DNA of 64,000 nt from Bacillota bacterium (GTDB lineage Bacteria; Bacillota; JAAYKD01). Made by a program: the position numbers and the translations under genes. Below are positions 28,249 through 39,382 of the stretch, one piece after another; within the stretch, counting starts at the first letter, position 1, and every line of letters begins with the position of its first letter. The notes below the pieces were generated by a model. That model had not been told where the DNA came from. It did no database searches and was given only the letters and a program-made list of their open reading frames with translations. The DNA lies in contig OY762825.2 in the NCBI GenBank assembly GCA_963666425.2, positions 1,568,001 to 1,632,000 on the forward strand. The letters are read 5' to 3'.

Positions 28249-28274
28249 TAGGGAATGACCATTGGTCATTCCGC
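28249..28274 (+). repeat. REP variant
   Basis: TAGGGAATGACCATTGGTCATTCCGC: same outer arms as the main REP, different inner stem. Confidence 0.65.
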
Positions 28275-28372
28275 AAACGAATACGATGTGCGGAACGATG
28301 GATCATCATTTCCGGCAAAGCTTTTTGCTAATGCAGTGATATTGTTTTTGATGAAACACTATTTTTGTCATC

Positions 28373-28400
28373 GTAGGGGCGAGGCATTGACTCGCCCTGC
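28373..28400 (+). repeat. Second-type GTAG REP
   Basis: GTAG followed by the palindrome GGGCGAG-GCATTGA-CTCGCCC; related hairpin GGGCGAG...CTCGCTCG near 27523-27544. Confidence 0.6.
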
Positions 28401-28416
28401 GTCACTCCGCAAATTG

Positions 28417-28463
28417 AAAAGGTCATTCAAAACAGCTGATTAAGCGTTTTGAATGACCTTTTT
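28417..28463. terminator. Bidirectional intrinsic terminator
   Basis: AAAAGGTCATTCAAAAC...GTTTTGAATGACCTTTT. Confidence 0.8.
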
Positions 28464-28480
28464 ATAATTGATAAAATACT

Positions 28481-29179
28481 CTATTGTTTTCTAAACTGCT
28501 CCGCCAAAAATTCCATATCTCTGGCGTAAGTCAGCTTGATGTTCTCTTCACTGCCCGGTATGATGCCAATCTTCGTCGCCGGCAAGTATTTTCTGATCAC
28601 GCCGCAGTCATCACTGGCAAACTGACTGTTGTCTTTCGCAGCCAGTTCATAGGCTTTGGCAATCACCCGCTGACGGAACGCTTGCGGGGTCTGGCAGCGG
28701 TACATCAGACGCCGCTCCGGAATGGCGTCAATTTCGTTACTGTCCGCTTTACTGACTAAAATGGTATCGACACTGGGGATGGCGGCTGTTACCGCTTCAT
28801 AATTTGCTGCTGCATCAATCGCCGCGGTAATCGTCTCTGCCGTGACCAAGGGTCTCGCTCCATCATGAAAGAGCAGCCAACTTTCCGGTTGGTCGGCATA
28901 TGCCTGCACTGCAATTAAGCTTGATTCGCTGCGCGTCGCACCGCCTGCTAATATTTTCTTTACTTTCGGGACTCCGGCAAATAGCGTCCGTACCCATTGC
29001 AGCTGTGCCTGCGGCACCACCAAAGCAACTTCTGTGATACCGGGATGCTGCAGAAACGCCTCTGCCGTGTGTTCCAAGACAGTGCGTCCTTCGATCGGCC
29101 AAAACTGTTTTGGCATTAAGCCGCCCATCCGTGTACCATAGCCCGCTGCTAAAATTACTGCAATCGCCATTTGCATCAC
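28481..29179 (-). CDS. ispD: IspD/TarI family cytidylyltransferase
   Basis: ILAAGYGTRM, PKQF, GGATRSES, HDGARP, QTPQAF and NIKLT motifs; could equally be TarI-type. Confidence 0.8.
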   Translation of the reverse strand: MMQMAIAVILAAGYGTRMGGLMPKQFWPIEGRTVLEHTAEAFLQHPGITEVALVVPQAQLQWVRTLFAGVPKVKKILAGGATRSESSLIAVQAYADQPESWLLFHDGARPLVTAETITAAIDAAANYEAVTAAIPSVDTILVSKADSNEIDAIPERRLMYRCQTPQAFRQRVIAKAYELAAKDNSQFASDDCGVIRKYLPATKIGIIPGSEENIKLTYARDMEFLAEQFRKQ

Positions 29180-29379
29180 CCCATTCTTTCTCTCATCGCT
29201 TCACCTATTATAGCGAACTTGCCTGGCAAATGCAAATAGTTTTCTTGTTGTTTGACGTCATTGCCAGATGAAATTATCAAAAAACGCCCCCGGAACACTC
29301 ACAAAGAGTATTTCGGGGACGCTGTTTTGTTATCATCTCACTCTAGGAGTGAAATAACTTCAATCGCTGAACCTTGTTA

Positions 29380-32300
29380 TTACTGAGGGATAACTAAGGT
29401 AACGGTTTGAGTTACTGCATTCCAGTCAAGGGTAACGCCAATGGCTTCCATAATTTCTCTCATCGGAACTAAGGTGCGATTGGTGGCAGATGCAACAAAC
29501 GGAGCTTCCAATAAGGTAACATTCACACCATTCACAACTGCAGTTTTGGAGCCAATAACCATTTGAATGGTATTGCCTTTTACAACAGCGGTGATGGTCT
29601 GTGTCGCTTGATTCCAGCCAACAGTACCGTTGAGCAAGCTTTCGAAGACGAAGCGGACAGGAAGGAAGGTGCGGCCGTTGACAACAACGGGAGCCTGGTC
29701 CATACCGGTCATCGCAGCGCCGTCTTTGGTTGCATCTAAGGAACCAATGGTCAGAACGACAGTAGCGGGTTTCAGATATTCAATATTCAAAGTGGACAGG
29801 GTAGCATTGCCTTCGGTATCGTAAGCAAGAACTTCAAATGTGTTCACGCCAACAGATAAGCTGGAGACGGTGAATTTTACATTGCCGTCCGGACGAAGCA
29901 AAGCTTTGGTATCGCCAATCCAAACTTCAGCAACCTTGCTGCCATCAGTTACTTTGAAAGTAATGGTGGAAGGAAGGGTGGTTACGGTATAAACGTCATC
30001 TACGGCAACAATCGGACCAGCGTTGTCTCTTACAACAGGAATTGTTACAGCAAATTCAGCAATCGCAGGAACGGTGATGGTTGTATCCCAAACTGCATCG
30101 AGATCGGTAACTTGCAGAGTCAATTTACCAACAGCAGTCGGAGAAACGGAGAGAACAGCTTTGCCATTGGCATCTGTTTCTACAGTAGCATTGCCAGCAA
30201 AAGCAGCGCCGTCGGTCGGGATGATTTCATAGCCCTTCATCGCAACGCCATTGGCATCGGTCAGGGTGAGGCTAAGATCTACAGCATTGCTGACTTCGAG
30301 TTGTTTGACGCCGCCCAGATCAAGTTTCGGGTTGGCAACAGTCAAAGTAGCAACAGTGATCGCACCGGAACCAAAGTTCGCTTTGATGGTCAAAGCAGCA
30401 GAGGTAACATCATCATAAAGAGCATATTCCGGGTAGATGGTCACAACGCCAGCGGTAACCGCAGGAATCGCAGTGCCAGCACCGGCAGTGGTGGTGTTCG
30501 GGTTACCAACTAAGGTTTCGTCGGTTTTGATGGTAGCGGTTAAGGTGCCATTGTAGCTGGAATCGAAGGTGAGAACAACTTTTTCACGCACACCGGCGGT
30601 AATTGTGTTGCTTTCAACGCCGTTCACAGTAATTTTGACAGCAGGAGCAACTACGTTAACAGGAACAACAACCATTTTCTCACCACCGGTGGTGCCAACA
30701 AGGATGTTGAAGGTGCCGGTAGCAGTCGGAGCAAAGGTCAATTTTACGGAGTTGCCGTCATAGGTGAAGGCAGGAACTTGGCTGCCGCCAACAATGGCGT
30801 CTTTGTCTTCCAAGAAGACATAGGTCGGTTTAATGGAAGTGCCGTTGGTATCAACCATTTTCAGGGTAACAGATTGGTTGGATTTACCGGCAATCAAATC
30901 AGCAACAGCGGCTACGGAGTAGCTGGCGGTGCCGTAAATGGTTTGGGTATTAAAGGCTTTCAATACGCCGCCATTGGTGGTAACTGTGCAGTATAATTTA
31001 GCAGGAGCAACCAATTTAATCTTAGCAGCGTAAACGCCGTTTTGAATAATGGTGGTAGCGCCAATTACGCTGGTGGTATTGGTAGCAGTGCCATAAGCTT
31101 CATCATCGGTATCCCAGACTTTGAAAGCATTGATGGCTGTTGCAGAATTGAGGTAATCGGTGGCATACCAAGTTACAGTCGCGTTATTGATGGGAAGTCC
31201 ATCGATATCGGTGACAACAACTTGCAGGTTGACTTCGTCGCCAACATTGCCGATGCCGGCAGCAGGAGTATAAGCAGCCATATAACCAGAAACGGTAATG
31301 GTCTTGCTGAAGGTTTCAGTGGTGTCATCATCATAAGTCGCGGTGCCGGCGATCGTGATCACGCCTTCGCCATTGACGGTGATGGTCTTCTGAGCGGCAG
31401 TATAGGTAGCGCCGGCATCATTGCTGGCAGGAGAGGTGACAAAACCGTCAAACGGGCTGGCAATGGTGATGGTCTGGGAAGCAGTGCTGACAACAGGACC
31501 GGTTACTGTATAAGTAACTTTTTTGATCAGCTTGCTGCTCGGAGAAGTCCAGCTTAAATTGACATTCTGTGCGGTCATGGAGACGGGCACATTTTTGGTC
31601 AAGGTAGCTACATTGGCAGTGGTATAAAGGGTATCGGTATTGTCAACAACGGTGAATGTAGTGGTCGCAGAACGATACGGCTTGTAGTCAGCAGCGTCAG
31701 CGATTTTATACATATCAGTAGCGGTGTTGGTGCCAAGAACGACAGCATCAACCGTATTCTTAATGAACATGGTTACGTCAACGGTATAGGTGCCGGCATC
31801 AAAGTTCGCATTGGGAATGGCTACGGTAACAGCATATTCGCCATCCGCAGGAACCCAGGTAGCAATCGCCGGAAGCACAGTGCCGTCCGGAGTGGTGATG
31901 TTAACCAAATGATATTCGGTGGCAGCGCCTGTTAAAGCGGTAGTACCGGTTTTGTTATCAAAGGTTAAAACAACATTCTGGGAAGAAGAACGCAGGGTGG
32001 CAGGATTGCTGTCGATTTCGACCTTCAGATCGGAAACAACGTCAAAGCTGACAGACTTGTAACTTACGGTACCAACATAGAAATAATAGAGAGCAGCTGC
32101 GTTCACAGATACGCTGAGCGTGAAAGCGCCGTTGGTATCGGTGGTGGTGGAAGCCAATACAGTGCCGACAGCATCTCTGAAGGAAACGTTCATGTTCTTG
32201 ACAGCTACGCCGCCATTAGTAAGAACGGTGCCGGTAAAGGTGTTGGTTTGGCCAAGAACAGCTTTCGGAGAACTGGTGCTGCCATTGATGGTCAGGATGT

Positions 32301-32655
32301 GACGAACATTAATGGTAACAGGCAATGTGGTATTACCAGCGGTAACGTTGGTAACGGTCATGGTGTAAACTTCCTGTGCTGCTGTAGAAGCAACGGTCAG
32401 GTTGGCGGTATTGACATTCAAAACGTCATCGGCGCCTACTTCAACACCGGTTACAGTGGTGTAGACATCAAGGGCAGCGTTTTTGATAACATAATTCAAA
32501 ACATCGTCTTCAGCGGCAAATGTATCAAGATCAAACTCATAGGTAGCGGTTCCAGCAGTGATGTTGAAACTAGCAACCGGAGCAGCCAATACGGTGCCGG
32601 TGAACAAGGACATAACCATCGCAATGGTCAATAATACGGATAAAAACTTCTTCAC
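29380..32655 (-). CDS. Large secreted S-layer-like protein with C-terminal copper-amine-oxidase-N (stalk) domain
   Basis: Signal peptide; T/V/A-rich beta-rich body; APVVVNGRTFLPVRFV and RTLVPMREI motifs; strong GAGG RBS. Confidence 0.75.
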   Translation of the reverse strand: MKKFLSVLLTIAMVMSLFTGTVLAAPVASFNITAGTATYEFDLDTFAAEDDVLNYVIKNAALDVYTTVTGVEVGADDVLNVNTANLTVASTAAQEVYTMTVTNVTAGNTTLPVTINVRHILTINGSTSSPKAVLGQTNTFTGTVLTNGGVAVKNMNVSFRDAVGTVLASTTTDTNGAFTLSVSVNAAALYYFYVGTVSYKSVSFDVVSDLKVEIDSNPATLRSSSQNVVLTFDNKTGTTALTGAATEYHLVNITTPDGTVLPAIATWVPADGEYAVTVAIPNANFDAGTYTVDVTMFIKNTVDAVVLGTNTATDMYKIADAADYKPYRSATTTFTVVDNTDTLYTTANVATLTKNVPVSMTAQNVNLSWTSPSSKLIKKVTYTVTGPVVSTASQTITIASPFDGFVTSPASNDAGATYTAAQKTITVNGEGVITIAGTATYDDDTTETFSKTITVSGYMAAYTPAAGIGNVGDEVNLQVVVTDIDGLPINNATVTWYATDYLNSATAINAFKVWDTDDEAYGTATNTTSVIGATTIIQNGVYAAKIKLVAPAKLYCTVTTNGGVLKAFNTQTIYGTASYSVAAVADLIAGKSNQSVTLKMVDTNGTSIKPTYVFLEDKDAIVGGSQVPAFTYDGNSVKLTFAPTATGTFNILVGTTGGEKMVVVPVNVVAPAVKITVNGVESNTITAGVREKVVLTFDSSYNGTLTATIKTDETLVGNPNTTTAGAGTAIPAVTAGVVTIYPEYALYDDVTSAALTIKANFGSGAITVATLTVANPKLDLGGVKQLEVSNAVDLSLTLTDANGVAMKGYEIIPTDGAAFAGNATVETDANGKAVLSVSPTAVGKLTLQVTDLDAVWDTTITVPAIAEFAVTIPVVRDNAGPIVAVDDVYTVTTLPSTITFKVTDGSKVAEVWIGDTKALLRPDGNVKFTVSSLSVGVNTFEVLAYDTEGNATLSTLNIEYLKPATVVLTIGSLDATKDGAAMTGMDQAPVVVNGRTFLPVRFVFESLLNGTVGWNQATQTITAVVKGNTIQMVIGSKTAVVNGVNVTLLEAPFVASATNRTLVPMREIMEAIGVTLDWNAVTQTVTLVIPQ

Positions 32656-32827
32656 GAGTTTTTTCCTCCTTTAAATTCTTTTGTGTGTTTGATCCTCAAG
32701 ATACGAGGATCTTTATCAGAAGAGAAGAAACGTTTCGAACTCGACCTTTGAATACACTTGCTTGGTTTGACCAAAGTTGTTTGTATTCGTTCGTAAATCG
32801 TAACCTCCGTATCCGATGTCTAGAATC

Positions 32828-32856
32828 AGTATAACAGTGCTTGTCAAGTTTCGCAA
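32828..32856 (-). promoter_or_regulatory. Sigma-A promoter of the S-layer-like gene
   Basis: TTGCGA-N17-TATACT with extended TG. Confidence 0.65.
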
Positions 32857-33065
32857 GAGTTTACAGGAAGTTGTAACAAAAGCGTAAAGCAAAGAGCCGA
32901 AATCGACCGCCAGAAATCTGTTTGTAACATTCTAACGGCTATAGTAATAATTGGGAAGGAGAACCAACGACAGAGCCAGCTGCAAACACTGAGAAACGAT
33001 AAAACCAAGTAGGAGAAGCGATCAATTGATCTAACAGCCAAAGGATCCATACGATTCGCATCGCT

Positions 33066-33091
33066 GCGGAATGGTCAAGCCCATTCCCTAC
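33066..33091 (-). repeat. Solitary GTAG REP
   Basis: GCGGAATGGTCAAGCCCATTCCCTAC. Confidence 0.8.
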
Positions 33092-33355
33092 AGAACGGAT
33101 TCTTTCCGTCCGCATGAATGTAGAGGAATTTTGCAGGACACGACCATGCTCACAGGCTGATCCATGCAGCTTTCCTGCGATATTTATTGTACTTACTGCA
33201 ATTTTCTGGTGTTTACATGACAATGCCAGGCGGTTGTGGTATACTTAAAGCGTTTTCATTTTGCTGCAGCAATGTCAAACTGCTCAGCGCAGTGAGATCG
33301 ATGACTCTGCCGAACAGAGCTGTCCTAGTAAAAATAACGATACGGAAGTGATACA

Positions 33356-35281
33356 ATGAATCTTACGCTGCTTCGCGAATTCACTGCCACCGCTTTGCAT
33401 AACGGACTCAACACAGAAATGCAGCCGGAAGAAATCGCCTGGGATAGTGCGCCGAATCCCGCTTTCGGCGATCTGTCCACGCCTGTCTGCTTAAAGCTGG
33501 CCAAGACCCTGCATCGCAAACCCCTGGATATCGCCCACGATCTGGCTGCAGCGCTAAAGTCCCTGCTGCCGGCCGAAATCGGAGAGGTTTCCGTTACCCC
33601 ACCCGGTTACCTGAATCTGCGCTATGATTATAGCTATTTGGCACAAAAATTGCTCGATGCTGCAGCCAAGGCAGAGACAGCTGAACCCACCGCACCTTCT
33701 AAGGGTAAAATTGTGATTGAACATACCAATATCAATCCCAATAAAGCGGCTCATATCGGTCATTTGCGCAATTCCTGCCTGGGTGATACCCTGGCACGTC
33801 TCTTACGTGCCGACGGTTACCAGGTCGAGGTGCAGAATTATATTGATGATACCGGTACCGCCGTAGCGGATATCGTTGTCGGCACGGAAGTACTGAATCG
33901 TCAATGGGATGAAGCGAAAGAAAGCTTCGATTATTTTTGCTGGGATCTTTATACCGCCATCAATGAGCTTTATCTGACCCGTCCGGAGTTGAAAGAACGC
34001 CAGCGGGAAATTTTGCATGCCATCGAAACCGGCAATAACGCCATTGCCGCTCAGGCGAAAGAGATCGCCGCCCGCATCGTCAACTGTCATCTGCGGACGA
34101 TGGCCCGCTTCGGTATTTTTTACGATCTGCTTACCTGGGAGAGCGATATCCTGCATCTGGGCTTCTGGCAGCATGCTTTTGCTCATCTGCAAGGCAATGG
34201 CGGTTTGGTGCATGAAACAAGCGGTGCCAATGTCGGCTGCTGGGTGGTCAAGTTGGATGACGTCGAAGGTTTCAGCAATATGGAAAACCCCGACAAAGTG
34301 CTGGTCCGTTCCAATGGTACGGCAACTTATGTAGCAAAGGATATCGCCAATCAGATGTGGAAATTCGGCATCTTGGGTTTGGATTTCCTCTATCGGCCGT
34401 ATCTTGTACAGCAAAACGACCAGGAATTGGTCACCAGCGACACTTACCACGGCAACAGCAGCAGTCTTTACGGTCATGCTGACCGTGTAATCAATGTAAT
34501 TGATATCCGGCAGAAATATCTGCAGGATGTCTTACGCATTTCGCTGCACAAATTGGGTTTCGTCAAGGAAGCAGAAAACTCGATTCATTTTGGTTATGAA
34601 GTCGTCGCTTTATCCGCTGCGGCAGCCAAGGAATTGGGCGTCAATGTGGAGGAAGGCGAGGAAAAAGATGTTTACGCTATGGCAGGCCGCAAGGGCATCG
34701 GGGTAAAAGCCGATGATCTGGTTGACCGCGTGATCGCCAAGGCGACGGAAGAAGTGGCCAAGCGCCATCCCGAACAAAGCGAGCAGGAAAATCGCCTGCT
34801 GGGACAGCAGATCGCCGTCGCAGCCATCCGTTATTATATGATCCGTTACAATATGAACTCCATTATTGTCTTCGATTTTGCCGAAGCGCTGAATATGCAG
34901 GGTAATACCGGCCCCTATCTGCAGTATGCGCATGCCAGAGCCAATAATATCCTGGAACGCGCCCACAGCCAGGGAGCGGAACCTTCCTATATAATACCCG
35001 CCGGTTTCACCTTGAGCGAGCCGGAGAAACTGCTGATTAAATGGATGAATGAACTGCCGGACGCCGTCACCAGAGCGGCGGAAGGTCTGGCTCCCTCAGC
35101 GATGACGGAGTATGTTTATCAATTGGCCTCCAGCTTTATGAGTTTCTATGAAACAACTTCGGTAATGAATGCCGAGAGCGCAGAGATTCGTGGCTTCCGC
35201 TTGGGTTTGGTGGATGCCTATCGCCGTATCTTAAAGCAAAGTCTCGCCTTGCTGGGTATTCCGGCGCCGACGCGGATGTAG
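33356..35281 (+). CDS. argS: Arginine--tRNA ligase
   Basis: FGDLS, PGYLN, EHTNINPNKAAHIGHLRN, RSNGTATY and GNTGPYLQYAHAR motifs; C-terminal RM. Confidence 0.95.
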   Translation: MNLTLLREFTATALHNGLNTEMQPEEIAWDSAPNPAFGDLSTPVCLKLAKTLHRKPLDIAHDLAAALKSLLPAEIGEVSVTPPGYLNLRYDYSYLAQKLLDAAAKAETAEPTAPSKGKIVIEHTNINPNKAAHIGHLRNSCLGDTLARLLRADGYQVEVQNYIDDTGTAVADIVVGTEVLNRQWDEAKESFDYFCWDLYTAINELYLTRPELKERQREILHAIETGNNAIAAQAKEIAARIVNCHLRTMARFGIFYDLLTWESDILHLGFWQHAFAHLQGNGGLVHETSGANVGCWVVKLDDVEGFSNMENPDKVLVRSNGTATYVAKDIANQMWKFGILGLDFLYRPYLVQQNDQELVTSDTYHGNSSSLYGHADRVINVIDIRQKYLQDVLRISLHKLGFVKEAENSIHFGYEVVALSAAAAKELGVNVEEGEEKDVYAMAGRKGIGVKADDLVDRVIAKATEEVAKRHPEQSEQENRLLGQQIAVAAIRYYMIRYNMNSIIVFDFAEALNMQGNTGPYLQYAHARANNILERAHSQGAEPSYIIPAGFTLSEPEKLLIKWMNELPDAVTRAAEGLAPSAMTEYVYQLASSFMSFYETTSVMNAESAEIRGFRLGLVDAYRRILKQSLALLGIPAPTRM

Positions 35282-35333
35282 TGTTGTGATCCTACCGGGA
35301 ATAACCGGTAAAAATAGAAAGGGGTTTTTTATC

Positions 35334-36287
35334 ATGTCTCAGAAAAAAATTCTTGTTACTGGTTCTTTGGGTCAAATCGGAACCGAATTAGTTCTGGCGC
35401 TGCGCGGACGTTACGGTACTGACAATGTTGTCTGCAGTGACTTGCACGACAGCGTCACGCCTGCTTTGGCGGACGGACCTTACGAAAAAATCGACGTGCT
35501 CGATACGGCCCGCATGGCGGAAGTCGTAAAAAAATACGGCGTCAACCAAATCGTCCACCTCGCCGCTCTCTTGTCTGCCGTTGCCGAGAAAAAACCGACC
35601 TTAGCGTTCCAGATTAACTTAGGCGGCTTATTCAACGTTCTGGAACTGGCCAAAGAAACCGGCTGCGCCGTGTTCACACCCAGCTCCATTGCTGCTTTTG
35701 GTCCCGGCACCCCACCCGATAAAACCCCGCAGGATACCATTCAACGTCCAACCACCATGTACGGCGTCACCAAGGTTGCCGGTGAATTGCTTTGCGATTA
35801 CTATGCTAAAAAATACGGCGTGGATACCCGCGGCGTGCGGTTCCCCGGCCTGATCTCCTATGCGGCTCTGCCGGGCGGCGGCACAACGGACTATGCTGTG
35901 GATATTTATTACGAAGCGCTGCGCAAACAAGCTTATGTCAGCTATATCGGCGCCGGCACATACATGGATATGATGTATATGCCCGATGCCTTGAACGGCA
36001 TCATGACCCTGATTGAGGCAGATCCTGCGAAATTAACCCATCGTAATGCCTACAACATTACGGCAATGTCTTTCGAACCGGAGCAGATCGCTGCCGAGAT
36101 CCGCAAACATATGCCTGAATTCAAGATGTCTTATGATGTCGATCCCATTCGCCAAGCCATCGCCAATTCCTGGCCAAACAGTATTGACGACAGCGTGGCC
36201 AGAGCGGATTGGGGTTGGGCTCCGAAATATGATTTGGCCAGCATGACCACCGATATGCTGATCCAACTCAAGAAAAAAGGCGTCTAG
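35334..36287 (+). CDS. L-threonine 3-dehydrogenase (SDR/epimerase type)
   Basis: TGSLGQIG, HLAALLSA, PSSIAAFG, YGVTK and PGGGTTDYAV motifs. Confidence 0.88.
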   Translation: MSQKKILVTGSLGQIGTELVLALRGRYGTDNVVCSDLHDSVTPALADGPYEKIDVLDTARMAEVVKKYGVNQIVHLAALLSAVAEKKPTLAFQINLGGLFNVLELAKETGCAVFTPSSIAAFGPGTPPDKTPQDTIQRPTTMYGVTKVAGELLCDYYAKKYGVDTRGVRFPGLISYAALPGGGTTDYAVDIYYEALRKQAYVSYIGAGTYMDMMYMPDALNGIMTLIEADPAKLTHRNAYNITAMSFEPEQIAAEIRKHMPEFKMSYDVDPIRQAIANSWPNSIDDSVARADWGWAPKYDLASMTTDMLIQLKKKGV

Positions 36288-36321
36288 TCCAGCGAAACAA
36301 AACACTTGCTCTTAAAGACAA

Positions 36322-36378
36322 GACAGGCTTTGCTAAAACATTGATCCAGATCAATTGTTTTAGCAAAGCCTGTTATTT
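36322..36378 (+). terminator. Intrinsic terminator
   Basis: ACAGGCTTTGCTAAAACA...TGTTTTAGCAAAGCCTGTTATTTT. Confidence 0.75.
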
Positions 36379-36505
36379 TATTCAAAATTTCCTGAAAATA
36401 ATTCACAAATTTTGGTATTTTCCTATTGCGTTCCGCTCTCGAATACTGTATATTGGTGCAGTTACAAATTCAAAACGAATCTGATTAATTCGAGAGGTGT
36501 TAGAC

Positions 36506-36889
36506 ATGCCAGATAAAAACCCCAATAAAAACATAAGTGAAACCGATATTGCTTTTCAGCTGCTGCAAAACGGCGTCACAATGACCAGCCGCGAGCTGAT
36601 GGCTCAGGTCATTGCGATCAAAGGCATTTCCACAGCAGATACAGCCCGCGCGATGTCGCGTATTTATACCGCCCTTAATCTGGATTCCCGCTTTTCTTTC
36701 AAAGGAGATGGCCTCTGGGGCTTACGTGATTGGAAGGGTGAAGCGCCCAAAAAACATGATCCGGACCTGCTGCCTTCCGAGAAGCATTATCAGCCCAAAG
36801 CCGAGGATTACATCTGGGATGACGAGGCGGATGACGACGAAGACGAAGAAGAAGAGGAAGGCGAAATCATCGAGCCTCCGGAATTCTAA
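36506..36889 (+). CDS. rpoE: DNA-directed RNA polymerase subunit delta
   Basis: IYTALNLDSRF...WGLRDW motif and acidic tail; located directly upstream of pyrG. Confidence 0.9.
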   Translation: MPDKNPNKNISETDIAFQLLQNGVTMTSRELMAQVIAIKGISTADTARAMSRIYTALNLDSRFSFKGDGLWGLRDWKGEAPKKHDPDLLPSEKHYQPKAEDYIWDDEADDDEDEEEEEGEIIEPPEF

Positions 36890-36920
36890 AATTTCCTGCT
36901 AAAAATTTCTTACAAAACAC

Positions 36921-37015
36921 TTGACAACCGAATGATTTTTGCTATGATACAAAGGGCACTTTAAAAAGGTGCTGAAGAGACTGACCTTCCAAAGGTTAGT
37001 CTCTTTCTGTTTTGT
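36921..37015 (+). promoter_or_regulatory. pyrG promoter and attenuator leader
   Basis: TTGACA-N16-TATGAT; GGGC at 36954; hairpin AAGAGACTGACCT...AGGTTAGTCTCTT plus T-rich tail. Confidence 0.7.
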
Positions 37016-37037
37016 TCCCTCCGATTGCAATTTTTAG

Positions 37038-38663
<1,626 letters not shown>

Positions 38664-38666
38664 AAA

Positions 38667-38710
38667 AAGCGCCGGAATTGTCTTAAAAAAAGCAGACAGT
38701 TCCGGCGTTT
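38667..38710 (+). terminator. Terminator hairpin after pyrG
   Basis: GCGCCGGAATTGTCT...AGACAGTTCCGGCGTTT. Confidence 0.65.
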
Positions 38711-38762
38711 CACAATGTGACCGCATAAGGCAAAGGTAGGAACGGGGTCAGGGGAGTGGGGA

Positions 38763-39360
38763 ACGAGGTCACGCGGAATGGTCAAGACCATTCCCTACCT
38801 TTACACAATGTCCATGACCAATTTGCTATGGCATTTATCAAACGCTAAAACACGTTGGACGGAACGATTAAGCTCATTGGGCAATGGTATCTATCAAACA
38901 CCAAAATACATTGGTAAAACGATGAATCACATTGGGCAGATGTAGGGAACGGTCTTGACCGTTCCGCAGCATCACGCATCAATCCGCTTGATAGGTAAAC
39001 GGATACAAGGTCAGGGAACGAGCTACGGAGAGTGGAGAACGAGATTACGCGGAATGGTCAAGACCATTCCCTACCCTTACACAATGTCCATGACAAATCT
39101 GCAATGGTATTTATCAAACACCAAAATACATTGGACAAGATTACGCGGAATGGTCAAGACCATTCCTACCCTTACACAATGTTCATAACAAATCTGCAAT
39201 GGCATTTATCAAACGCCAAAATACATTGGACGAGGTTACGCGGAATGGTCAAGACCATTCCCTACCTTTACACAATGTCCATAACAAATCTGCAATGGCA
39301 GATATCAAACGCCAAAATACATTGGACGAGGTTACGGGTGCGGAGCCACGCGGAATGAGT
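38763..39360. repeat. REP mosaic (BIME-like) array including three tandem 95-96 bp units
   Basis: REPs at 38773-38798, 38942-38967 (inverted), 39049-39074, 39145-39169 and 39240-39265; near-identical linkers ACACAATGTCCATAACAAATCTGCAATGG...ATACATTGGAC. Confidence 0.9.
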
Positions 39361-39382
39361 TATGCTCACATACCCGTGTATT

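Noticed and set aside
33230-33355. T-box upstream of argS
   Set aside because: The leader after the likely promoter is only ~110 nt, with no GGTGG T-box or terminator
38763-39360. CRISPR array (26-bp palindromic repeat at regular spacing)
   Set aside because: The ~70-bp intervening sequences are near-identical rather than unique spacers, one repeat is inverted, and there are no cas genes; it fits a REP mosaic
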